Below, piece after piece: positions 53,255 through 64,000 of a stretch of 64,000 nt of DNA. Position numbers and translations under genes: made by a program. The DNA is from Podarcis bocagei (lineage: Eukaryota): the NCBI GenBank assembly GCA_964188305.1, contig OZ076887.1. One strand, given 5' to 3'. Numbering within the stretch: the first letter of the stretch is position 1; each line of letters begins with the position of its first letter. The notes under the pieces were generated by a model, which did not search any database, had not been told where the DNA came from, and saw nothing but the letters and a program-made list of their open reading frames with translations.

Positions 53255-53480
53255 AAACAGGATGAGGCAAATTCATGAAGGATAAAGCTATTAATGGCTA
53301 CTGACCATGATGGTTGTGTTCTGTCTCCACTGTCAGAAGCAGTATCCTGCAAATCACAAGTGGGGGGAGTGCTGCTGGGCTCAGGTCCTGCTTGAAGATT
53401 TCCCACCAGTATCTGGTTGGCTGCTGTTACAGCAGAGTGCTGGCCTAGATGGGCCTCTGGCCTCATCCAGCAGGGCTCCT
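53255..53480 (+). mobile_element. CR1-type LINE 3'UTR fragment
   Basis: AAATTCATGAAGGATAAAGCTATTAATGGCTAC...CTAGATGGGCCTCTGGCCTCATCCAGCAGGGCT. An inverted homolog lies at 60945-61150. Confidence 0.6.
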
Positions 53481-53487
53481 AAGTCAC

Positions 53488-53488
<1 letters not shown>

Positions 53489-53525
<37 letters not shown>
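53489..53525. repeat. (CA)n microsatellite
   Basis: Perfect AC run. Confidence 0.95.
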
Positions 53526-53527
<2 letters not shown>

Positions 53528-53781
53528 GTGGTACTTTGGTTCTCAAACTTAATCCATTCCAGGAGTCTGTTTGACTCCCAAAACCCATTCGAAAACCAAG
53601 GTGCAGCTTCCGATTGGCTGCAGGAGCTTCCTGCACTCAATTGGAAGCTGTGGAAGCTGCGTCGGATGTTCAGCTTCCAAAAAACATACGCAAACTGGAA
53701 CACTCACTTCTGGTTCTGGTTGAGGCGTTCGAGAGTCGATTTGTTTGACAACTAAGCCGTTCAGGAACCAAGGTACCACTG
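53524..53781. mobile_element. Tigger-like MITE (related TIR, different interior)
   Basis: Left end CAGTG(TG)GTACTTTGGTT, right end AACCAAGGTACCACTG|TA. Confidence 0.75.
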
Positions 53782-53999
53782 TACCAGATTTAACAATATC
53801 ACTGATGCTGCACAATTTCCTGGGGAAACAAAACATATTTTCCTGGTATTGAAACATTGACAAGGTTTTATTCTGGAGGGCCACAGGTTCCCCAGGGACA
53901 GTCTCCATTTAACTGTCTAAAGTACAGCAAGAATCGGAGGCCTCACCCACTTCAATTTCAGCTGCATAGCTCTCAAGGCCAGTCGAGTTATTCTTGACA

Positions 54000-54190
54000 G
54001 GGAGGGGCCACAGCTCAGTGGCAGAGCATCTGTCTTGCATGCAGAAGGTCCCAGGTTCGATCCCTGTCATCTCCTGGGAGAGACTCCTGCCTCCAACCCT
54101 GGAGAGTCACTGCCAGTCAGTGTAGACAATAATGAACAAGATGGACCAACGGTCTGATTCAGTAGAAGACATCTTCCTCTGTTCCTATGT
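54000..54190 (+). mobile_element. tRNA-derived squamate SINE (Squam3-like)
   Basis: Pol III A box AGCTCAGTGG and B box GGTTCGATCCC, then a non-tRNA body ending in a TTCCTATGT-type tail. Confidence 0.8.
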
Positions 54191-56049
54191 ATTCTGGCAC
54201 CTGGGACAGAGAAGCTCTTCTCCCTCCACACACACACACTGCCCCTGGTCGTCAAAATACAACAGCAATAAATTAAATAGCAAATAGTTTTCTGCCCTTT
54301 CAAGACAGCTGAGGTGGCTGCATCACTCTGCATAACAGTTGAGCCAGCCCTGCTTAAAATGAGTTGAGTAGCACAGTGCACCCCTTGGTAAATGAACAAC
54401 TGAAATGTCTGCTTCAGCAAACACGGTTTTTTATTATATTCTAATTGCTTCATAATGCCATTCACACAGAAGTATCTTGGCACAGTTAATGTTTTGAGTA
54501 ACTGATGAACTGTTGACTTTGGCTAAGTGAGTCAGTTCATAAACTGCGGAGAGAAAAAACAGATACCTCCAGCTCACGGTTGTTTTGTAATGCTACCACC
54601 AAGCAACGCTATACTGTCTTTAATAGAGAAGTCATTATGGGAAGGAAATAAATACTAAAGTCTCAAGGAGACCTCAAGTGGGCAAATTTGGAAATGAACT
54701 TGACTACAGCTACTCTATTCGCCCTACACTTCTGTCTGGGAATCCTATCCTTGAACGCTGCACAAAAATTTCTGGGGTCTTTTGCCTACAGAAAGCCAGA
54801 AAGCTTATAATAATACTTGACAAGATTTCATCACCTCCCATGGGTAAAGAAGTCACGTTTCATCAAAACATGATTTTCCATCATCTCTTTTGCAGTATCC
54901 CCGGAGGAAAAAATGGTTGTGTCCAGATCTTATAAAATGTCTGTCCTTATACTGATGGTGGTTAATAATACAATTATTTTGGTTGTTATTTATTTTTATT
55001 TATTCTTTGTGGTTGTTTTTTAAAAAAACTTAAATGTAAACCCCCTCCAATTGAGCTAAATGAAATGCTCAAATTTAAGTTAGGTTTCTGTTCATTTGTT
55101 GTTGATGAAGTTCACCTCGAATGCTAGTATTTTAGTATATTTCATTCATTTTAATTTGCTTTTATTTATTTGTTTTTTATTTTAAATTTGTTATTGATTT
55201 ATTAAGGGTTGACCTTTTTTTTAAATTTAGCCCAAAGTTGTTCAGCTTATTGGTCAAAATCGAAGGGGGGAAATGCCCTTTTTTTGTTTGCCATACATCC
55301 AGATTATCCAGGACATTTTCCTGATTTCCACCCGGACACTGCTGCCAACTGTGGTATTCCGTATATGTCCGGAAAAATCCGGATGTATGCCAACCCTGAT
55401 TTGGTAACAAAAAAATGTGCAAACATAATAAAAAGAAAGAAAATAAAGAAACAAAAATCTAGTGAGATCTTGCTGGAAGCTGCTGCCACTTCTTACTCTC
55501 CGGCTGCATTGGCAGGGGTTGCCTACCAAATGCCCATGAAAATCCTAAATTTGGCACTTTAAAAAGGTAACAATCTTTTCACGTCACCCTTGAGAACACG
55601 GAGGAGCACAATCCCGCCAAAATTAAGTATTTTTAAATCTTAGCTGAATATGTGCTTAATTGCTTTCATGCACACTGCTAAGATATGACTGTGATTAAGC
55701 GGTATGCAAATTGTTAACTAAAATGTGAAAAATTCGACTGTAGACTTGCTCAGTTCTGGCTGATGCCTCGGAATGTTGCTTTGTTTTAAGAAATCTAGGA
55801 GGACAGATTCGAAGGGCACAAGATTTAATCACCGTAATCTTGGCAAGGCGGTGCAATTATTTAGCTCCCCAAGGGGCGCAGCATTGGGGGTCACCACAGA
55901 AAAGGCTCGTCTCCTTCCCACCGATCGGACTTCCTTAAATGAACCTCCATTGAGTGCCCCCTTTAACTCCTCAAAGCGACACTTTCTCGGGCCCTGAAAC
56001 TCTCAAGAAGCTAGATTTCAAAGGTCTGCACAACGTTAACTCTGAATTT

Positions 56050-57620
56050 GGTTAAATTGACCGGTTCAACGACAGCTAGTCTCCAGCAAAGCGTCAGGCA
56101 CAGGCGAGCCTTAGGTGGCCCGTACCGTCTGCGATCACGTGCGATGCCCATCTGGGGTACTTTTTTTTATAGCAGTAGCTGCGTTGGTGGGTGACTAAAA
56201 CCTGGTGACTAACACCACTGCAGAGACGAAAACCAACAACCGGGCAGCTTCAGAGAAAATCCGGAGTCCACTCTCGCCTCCAGGGACAAAGACAGCCGGA
56301 GCCCGAGGCTTCCTGGCGATTCTCCCCAGCCTCCCAGTCCCCACCCGTTAAGCTCCAAACGTCCCCTCGGGCTCGCCGGCGAGGGACCTCCTTCAAATGT
56401 TTTCCCCGAGCCTCGAAGGCTCGCTCGCGACGTAGCAGCAGGACGCCCTCCTCCTCGCGCGCCGATTGGCTGAAGCGCGCGGAGGCGGTTGCGGAACGTC
56501 GCTGTTTGTGTTTGAACGTTCCAGCGGGAGGGTGGGGCGAGGAGGGCTCCGTTGGGCTGGCGGCCGATTCGCTGCTTGAGCAGGGCGACCCTCCGCCCCC
56601 CCCCCCGGCTGGACGGCGCGGCGCGATGGTGCCGTCTCGGTGCGTGAAGAGCGAGTACATGAAGCGCTTCAAGGAGCCCAAGTGGGAGGCGTGCGGCCCC
56701 TGCTACCAGGAGCTGCTGCGCTACCGCCTGAGCCGGCGCCTTTTGGAGCAGGCGCACCGGCCCTGGTTTTGGGACGGCTGGGAGCAGGACAGCAGCCAGA
56801 GCGGCGGTGGTAGTGGCGGCTCCCCGTCGCCCCCGGGCACGTCCAGCCCGCCGGGTGGCCAGCAAGGAGAAGAAGGAGCGGCGCCTGGCGAATCTGGCCT
56901 GGGCAGGGCGGAAGCAGCAGCGGGGGACGCCGACAGATCCTGCCCCGAGGAGCCCTTGCGCGGGTCGGGTATGTTCCTCCGCCGCCGAGGAGAGAGGAAG
57001 AGGACGGCCTGCCGGAATGACCTTGAGCCATTCTCTCGGTGTCTCCGGGAAGGCGAGCGGAGGGGGGCGCTGGGAGCCGCGGCTGCGGAGATGAGTCGCT
57101 GGGGAAGGAGGGAGGGAGCTGCAGTGGCCGGATGTCCCTGCTCTGCAATGGAGCTGCCGCTGGATGTAAATACGGGGCGGGGGGGGGGGCGCGGAGGAGA
57201 AAGCGGCTTTCCTGGGTTTAAAATAAATCTTAACAGCTGGGGCTCCGCGTCCGGTTTGGCTCTTGAAGCCGCCCTCCCCTCCGCACGCATCGGGAAATGG
57301 AGGGTGCCAGGACCGTGCAGGCGCTTCGGCCTCTCGCCGCCGAGTGGCTTCGCGGCTCCTCCTTACGCGTCTGTTGGGGAACGGGCGAAGGCGGCGCTGC
57401 CTTGCCGCCATCGAGTGGTTGCTGCCAATACTCGGCCCCTCCGGCGCCAACCCGGGTCCTTCCGGAGGCGAGAGATCTCCGGCTGGATCGTCCCTGCCGA
57501 GAAGCGCTTTCGCCCTCGGGCGGCACTTTCCTCGCTTGCGAACGAATAGATTGCTACCGGAGCCTCCGCTGACGTAACAGCGGCATTTTGGAAACCCATC
57601 TTTGACCAAATGGAAAGGGA
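56050..57620 (+). promoter_or_regulatory. CCSAP CpG island/promoter
   Basis: CpG-dense block with an inverted CCAAT (ATTGG 56465-56469), TTTGAA at 56511-56516 and TTCAAA at 56392-56397. Confidence 0.8.
56626..56968 (+). CDS. CCSAP: CCSAP first coding exon
   Basis: Start context GCGATGG; donor G|GTATGT at 56969. Confidence 0.88.
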
Positions 57621-60600
57621 CGATTATTTCTCTCCAGCTTTGCTGGCAGGAAAATAGGCCATGCCCACTTGCATTGAGGCTTTCTTTTGAAATTTATTCG
57701 TGTAGGGCCAGAGATGGGCCTGGGGCTTTTTGGCCAATGGAGGACCAAGGCGAACAGGGATGATGTGAGTTGTAGGACAGCGGCATCAGGATGGGGCCAC
57801 AGGTTCCCCATCTCGGACTTACTAAGGATGATGCGACTCCTGCTTTGTGACTTAATTTCACATCCTTATGATAATATCTATGTAGAGAGCAGATGGATGC
57901 CAACAACAACAGTATCTAGAGAGCAGTGCAGAAATTATGCTACCCCATAAGGCAGGTGTGGGGAACCTTTGGCCCTCCAGGTGTTCCTGAAATGCAGGTC
58001 CTTCATCCCCTGGCATTGACTATGCTTGCTGGGGTTGGTGGGAGCTGTAGTTCAGCAACACCTGGAGGACCAAAGGTTCCTCACACTTTCCGTAAGGATG
58101 ATGCCATTCTTCCAGCCGCTCTTTGGTGGTAATAGCATGATGCCCTGGCCTGTGCAGAATTAGGATTTTTTTAAGACCATGGAAATCTTAAGCGCGCAGA
58201 TAAAAATGAGCCTGTTTCCTCTGGGTTTACTTGCAGACTCTAGAATCTGTTTTCCGAAAAAGTGAGACAAAGCTTAATGATCTTACTACGAGTGAAGGGT
58301 TAGATCTGCATACCTGACAACATTTCTTCCAGACTAGTACATTATTATTATTATTGCTCTTGAGTGCTGCTGTTGGCATCAGTGGAGCCAGCTTTGGTGA
58401 ATGCAGCTTTGATTTCATCCCCAAAGTGTCTTGATCTCTTATAAGCTTTTTGGAATGACCTCACCAAGAGCATTTCAAAGGCCCAAACTGAAATACCGGC
58501 ACAGTACTGAGAATACACCCAACTCGGTAGTATTCTGAATAGAATAACCCTAAAAAACACTCTGAAATTCCTTTGGTTTTTTCTGATTTAACAGAAAGTA
58601 AAAGTAGCTTCTTTATTTAGTTACAGTATTTATAGCCTACTCAATCACTGAATATTTTCAATCCCAGAATAAGGATCAAAGTAATAAAACTATTACAAAC
58701 TAATATAAACAGGTCCAACAAACAACAAATTAACAATTCTTTCATAAGGGAAGCAACAACGCTATAATGACAAACATTAAACTTTCCAGTTTAACCAAAT
58801 GCCTAGGTAAAAAAAAGAAGACATTCAAACAGATTAAACAACCAACAATTCCCACCCCATTTTTCATTTCTGGTGGAGATGCTGAGGTAATCCACTTGCT
58901 TCCCGCTGTCTCTCATACAAAGAAGGCTCCACTCTGGGCCAACAGACTTCGTGGATTTTGAACAGCTTCCATCTCATCCAGGCTCTTGCCCTGAGCATGG
59001 GTGTAGCCAGGGGGGCAGCTGCCCCCCCATCAAGTAAATCAGTAAGAATAGTTAACTAATTGAGGTTCTGCCCCCGCCCAGCATAAAGCCTGGCTACACC
59101 CATGGGCCTGAGAGGTATGAATTGTTGCCCACAAGGATCTACAGCAAGAAACTCCTCCTACTTGACCATGGAAGCAACAGTGGTTGAAAAAAAAGCACAA
59201 AAAAGAGGGTGGCAATAAGGCCCTGCTAGTGTTTCTCTCCCAGTCCTGACAAAACTCCTGGGCCTCCAAGCTGGTAAGGCTACTAGGTGCAGGTGAATTT
59301 GCTGGCCTCTCCGAACTCTGTCCTCCTTACCAGCTGCCACAAACCGCATTCAGGGTCCTCCAGGGAAATTAATGTGCTTCTCTATATAGACTGTGCCCTA
59401 GTTCTCAGAACACACTTAATTAGGAGATGTTTTACACAGTACACAGCAGCAAACTCAGATTGGCCATTAAGTGCGTTCACAACAGGGAAGCAGCAACTCA
59501 TGCAGTCTGCTTGATTGTACCTGCACAATTTATGTATACACAAACGGAAGTTTGGTATGTCACACATAGTCTTTTCCCCCTTTCCAGTGAACCTTTGAAA
59601 ACATAAATTTGTGAAGTGTCCTATGACATTGGTTGAGTCTAGGAATGTTACCTTGCTGACAGCTGGGATCAAATTTTTAAAATGGATTTTCAAATGCTCA
59701 GGATATCAAATGTGGGCAGATACCACCTGCAAATTGAAACAAACGTGCATGACTTATATATGGAATATACTATCGGCAGATACAGCGATGGTTGGCAGGA
59801 TAACTCCATGCAAGTACCCCTATACAAATTTGCAATACCACTTCAGGTTTGCTAAGATAATCAAACCTTAATCCGAATGACAGCATGGAGTTTTCTCTGT
59901 GCTGTGCTTCCCGGACAGTATTTATTTGGAACTTAAAAGCATTGTCACAAATGTGACACTAGCGTAGATAACCTAGTCTTCTGATGACGCACTGGTACCT
60001 TGGGGGCAAAGACATTTCCTCTATAGAAGGTTGGTTTTTATTTTTGACACTGATCTCTTTTCCTCCGTTACTTCCCATTTTATGATGAAAATCGGTATCA
60101 TGCCTTGACAAGCAAGAGTAATGATGAGCAAGAACACTGTGTGCGTATGCACGCATGGTGTGTTCGGCATTTGCAGAGAGTTCTTTAGTTGTCAGTGATT
60201 CTCACATGGATTCATAGCTGCTTATGTAAGTTGTTGCCATGGCATCTTGCATCTTTAAAATTGCATAAGCTTTCGTTCTCCAGCCAAAAATAAGGCACTA
60301 ACAAGAGCAGGGACTATTACATGCTAGGTGCAAGAATTGTAATGTAGCCACAAATGGCATCACTGTGCCAGCCAAGCTGGTGCGTGATGGGAGTTGTGCT
60401 TTTTAACAACACAGGCTCCATAGCCGCCTTTGATCCGGCCTCTTATATAGGAGAAGGCATTGCACCTTTCGGTAATACTATGCAGCTCTGATCACTGACA
60501 CCTGTCCACTGTTGCTGTATCTCCTGTCTGATTGGAAACCTTAGTAATGGAGGGCTCTTTTTCCTACTTTACATTGCTGACTCTTGTGTGCACCCAGCAT

Positions 60601-61549
60601 TAGTTGATTTTTAAATTTTTTATTTATTTTTTAATTGAATTTATATACCACCCTATACCTGGGGGTCTCATGGCGGTTCACAGAATAAAATCAAGATATA
60701 AAACCACAAAATACATAATAAAAAATAAAAACAACCCCATAGCCCCTCCGCAAAAGAACACATTTTAAAAGGGCATAGAATGTAAATCAGATCAACCAAA
60801 GGCCTGGTTAAAAAGGAATGTTTTTGCCTGGCGCCTAAAGGTGTATAATGAAGGTGCCAGGTGAACTTCCTTGTAGGGAAGTTTTACCTACAGTGTGGAC
60901 AAATCAAAGGAGTTATGGTACACTACCAGTCTGCATTGGTTTGCATAAGATGAGCCCTGCTAGATTAGGCCAGTGGCTCATCTAGTCCAGCATCTTCCTC
61001 TCACAGTGTCCAATCAGTGCAACAATGGTCTCCCAGCTTGTATTCCCCAGCAACTAGCATGCATAGGCGTTCCGCCTCCCAACAGTGGAGGTAGAACTTA
61101 GCTGTCATGACTGGTAGACACGAAGAGCCTTTGCCTCCATTAATTTGTCTTGTCCAGTGGCAGTGGGTGGGGCGCTCATGGCAGCTGCTTTAGCATGCCT
61201 CTCGGGTGGGCCGGCCCTGGGAGGTGGGCAGGCTAAACCTAACCCTCCTTCTTTTCTCCCAGAGGATGAAGACCAAGAGAAAGCCGAGGATAAAACTGAA
61301 GTTGAGAGTGGAGGCAAAAAGTCTGCCCCCAAAGGAGCTGGCGGGTCAGCAAGTTGCCCCCAAGGGCAGCCTTCGAGTCGTGGTGCTTTGGGCAGCCGGG
61401 GTGACAGAAGACGGGTGAAAAGTCCTCAAAGGATACATGCAGCAAAGGGGTTGAAACACCCATTTGCCTTGTATGGCTGGGGAGAAAAACAGACTGATAC
61501 CGGGAGCCAGAAAACACACAATGTCTGTGCATCTGCTTCTGTGAATGAA
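56626..61549 (+). CDS. CCSAP: Centriole, cilia and spindle-associated protein (partial; last exon beyond the window)
   Basis: join(56626-56968,61263-61549). VKSEYMKRF...[29 protein letters not shown] and VKSPQR...[28 protein letters not shown] match recalled human CCSAP. The phase 1 junction is consistent. Confidence 0.92.
57953..58086. mobile_element. hAT-like palindromic MITE
   Basis: Inverted arms GTGTGGGGAACCTTTGGCCCTCCAGGTGTT and AACACCTGGAGGACCAAAGGTTCCTCACAC. Confidence 0.75.
58996..59104. mobile_element. 109-bp hAT-type MITE with 8-bp TSD
   Basis: Perfect 16-bp TIR CATGGGTGTAGCCAGG; flanks GCCCTGAG and GGCCTGAG. Confidence 0.85.
60615..60875 (-). mobile_element. LINE (L2-like) 3' fragment
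   Basis: T-rich tail followed by a degenerate body similar to the fragment at about 62660-63030. Family assignment is from recall. Confidence 0.5.
60945..61150 (-). mobile_element. CR1-type 3'UTR fragment
   Basis: Reverse complement of the 53255-53480 family. Confidence 0.6.
61263..61549 (+). CDS. CCSAP: CCSAP second coding exon
   Basis: Pyrimidine tract plus CAG acceptor; ends VCASASVNE|GTAAGG. Confidence 0.9.
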
Positions 61550-61737
61550 GTAAGGCAACTTGAAATATATACTTATGGGTTGCTTGTCTAAGTCCTTGCC
61601 CTCCTGCCTGACTCCTTCGCACTTGTAAGGTCAGCCCAGGTTTGTGTGGTGCCCACAGTGAACTAGGATGTTGCTGTTTCCTCATTCTTTGTCATCCTAT
61701 GCTGGGCAAAATAACTACCGACATTTAATATGCTATA

Positions 61738-61971
61738 CAGTGGTACCTCAAGTTACAAACGTCTCAGGTTACAAACGCTTCAGGTTACAAACTCCACTAA
61801 CCTGAGTTACCTCGAGTTGAGAACTTTGCCCCAGGATGAGAACGGAAATCGTGTGCTGGCAGCGCAGCAGCAAGAGGCCCCATTAGCAAAAGCACGCCTC
61901 TAGTTAAGAACAGTTTCAGGTTAAGAACAGACCTCTGGAACGAATTAAGTTCGTAACTAGAGGTACAACTG
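61738..61971. mobile_element. CAGTGGTACCTC-family MITE, inverted relative to the 18724 copy
   Basis: TA|CAGTGGTACCTC...GAGGTACAACTG|TA; the interior resembles the reverse complement of 18724-18948. Confidence 0.88.
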
Positions 61972-63900
61972 TAGTTAAGTGGGCTAATGTTGTCTTAACT
62001 TCCTGCCCTTCTGCTACTGTGCCTGTGCTCTGGGCAGCCAACAGATGCCAGCAGACTTTTGACTGTGCATCCCCAAAAGTAGGGAATACTAGTGAACCCA
62101 TCAGCTGTGAAGCTGCCCCTGTTCCAACTCCTCCAAAAGTGCACGATTTCTATGTAACTTACACAGCTGAAATGAACAACTCTTAGGGGTGTCCAGTTTG
62201 CCTATGTGGTTCGGCTGGCCTTGCCTGGTTTTCAGACCCATTTATTATGCCTATGCACTTACTTGCTTGAGAGTAAGGAGTAGTGCAGCATCCTTTTATG
62301 GTTTTGTTAGTTGCCTGCCCTCCTTGTGTATTTTGTGTTGTTTTCCATAGCTGGATCCAAGGCCGTTTCTTCCATGGTCAGTAGCAATACTCTGAACTGG
62401 ATATGGGAGTGGCCTTGCCATGAAGCAGTTGCTTTGGGTGTTTTCCAGTGGATGTATTGCTGTTTGAATTGTATCCAGCTAAGTTATTATAATGCATGGA
62501 ACAACTTCTGTGAGCAGAGTGGAACTTCTTCTCCCTCTGTGTGCTCTCCAAATCTGCTCTAGCCATTCAGAGCAGATTTGAGGGCAGAGAGGAGAGGAAT
62601 GTTCAGCTGTGCTCACAGAAGCTATTCCGCATGTACAGTGAATTAGTTGGCTACAACCCCATCTTAGATTTCTTACCTGCCCTTCACTATGAGGTCCCCC
62701 GGGGGGGATTACAAAAACCTGAATATAAAAAAACAGAATATTAAAAATAGTTTAAGCACACTACAAGCAAGAGTATAGGGTGGGTCCTTCTATATATCAG
62801 GTATCAAAAGCCAGGATGAAGAGATGTGTCTTCAGCATATGACCAAAATTACACAATGAAGGTGTCAGGCACACCTCTGTGGGGAGGGAATTCCATAGCT
62901 TAGGGGCTGTCCCAGAGGAGGCACTCTCCTAGGCTACCACCACCTTAAACTTCCAGCGTGGTGATCCCCAGAGAGCCCCCTCTGCTGATCCTAACACCTG
63001 AGGGGGTCTGCAGTGAAGGAGGCAGTCTTTCAAAAATAGTCACCAAGGCTACCTGAGCCTCCAGTGACAATGTTGGGTCCAGGAGCATCCCTAAGCTATG
63101 GACCTACTCCTTTCAGGGGAGTGCAGCCCTGTCCAGAAGAAACCATCTCCCCAGACTCAAGAACTGAAAACAACCTATGTGTTTTCATGGCTTCAGCTTC
63201 AATTTACTAGTGTGGGTATGTCAAAATGGAAGGGAAAGGGGTAGTATCTGATGTCAACATGTTCAAAGCTTGGGATAAATGAGTGAAGGAAGAGCCTGTA
63301 GGAATCCATTTGCCACATACAGGCACCTTCATATTCCCCCATAGTAAATTGCCCTATTGTACTGAGACACCTACTGGACCTTGTGAATGGGATGTCGGCC
63401 ATTGATCTTCTACAGTTATATTCCTTGGTTGATGGTAATGGGCTTCAACATTGTCACTGACATCCTATGCTGTAGTTATGAAGTGGAATCTTCTTCCACC
63501 TGGTTTACAGATTATATTGGAACATTATTTGCTAACTTTAATTAATGCAAAGCTTTTGTTTGTTTGTTTCTGGCTGCCGTTTCAGTGCTGCTGTGGAGGG
63601 AATTCCCGATGCTAGAACGGTTGCCTACCCCCTGTCAGGATATGAGAGAGAATAATCTTTGTAAAACAGCAGGCAGTTAGCATCAAGGGTCCCAAGGCAG
63701 AGTGAGCTCAAGTTTAGGTATGGCATAAAAGGTTGCAAGTACTGATGACACCATCATGGTAGGCTCCTGGTACTTGAATGACTTTGGGAAGCTGTAAGTT
63801 CTTGCAAAAGTGCTGCTGATCTGTGAAATGTTAAGATTCAGCATAAAGCATATTAATGTACTTCTGACAGCAGTATGGAAGAAATACAAGAAAGGCAGCT

Positions 63901-63902
<2 letters not shown>

Positions 63903-63945
<43 letters not shown>
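63903..63945. repeat. (TG)n microsatellite
   Basis: Perfect TG run. Confidence 0.95.
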
Positions 63946-63951
<6 letters not shown>

Positions 63952-64000
63952 ATACAGCACGTACTGGTTAAATTTGCATATCTTGATCTAGTCTAGCTTA

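Noticed and set aside
54000-54075. tRNA gene
   Set aside because: A and B boxes are present, but the acceptor stem is poor, no T-run terminator follows, and it continues into a SINE body seen elsewhere in the window.
56209-57609. 466-aa minus-strand ORF and other long ORFs over the CCSAP CpG island
   Set aside because: Arg/Ala/Pro/Gly-rich low-complexity translation, antisense to a real exon in very GC-rich DNA where stop codons are rare; no recognisable domain.

Overview
Vertebrate genomic DNA, most likely a squamate reptile (a lacertid-type lizard, inferred from the repeat families). It carries three intron-containing genes in tandem on the + strand. (1) Complete NUP133: 26 coding exons from ATG 1418 to TGA 27618, 3444 nt, 1147 aa. 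(2) Complete skeletal alpha-actin ACTA1: CArG/M-CAT/TATA promoter at about 35.8-36.0 kb, a non-coding exon 1, and six coding exons 37993-41657 giving 377 aa; a 146-N run hides part of exon 3. (3) The first two coding exons of CCSAP (56626-56968, 61263-61549), with the last exon beyond the window. The NUP133-ACTA1-CCSAP order matches human synteny as I recall it. Introns and intergenic DNA contain TA-flanked Tc1/mariner-type MITEs, hAT-type MITEs, tRNA-derived SINEs, CR1 and L2-like fragments, a 5'-truncated L1 with an 18-bp TSD, a probable solo LTR and microsatellites. I found no evidence of a new multi-gene system. The most notable points are the exactly in-frame N-mask in ACTA1, a shifted NAGNAG acceptor in NUP133, an L1 with compensating frameshifts, an unexplained decayed block in NUP133 intron 12, and candidate regulatory modules. 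Protein identifications come from recalled human sequences, not database searches.
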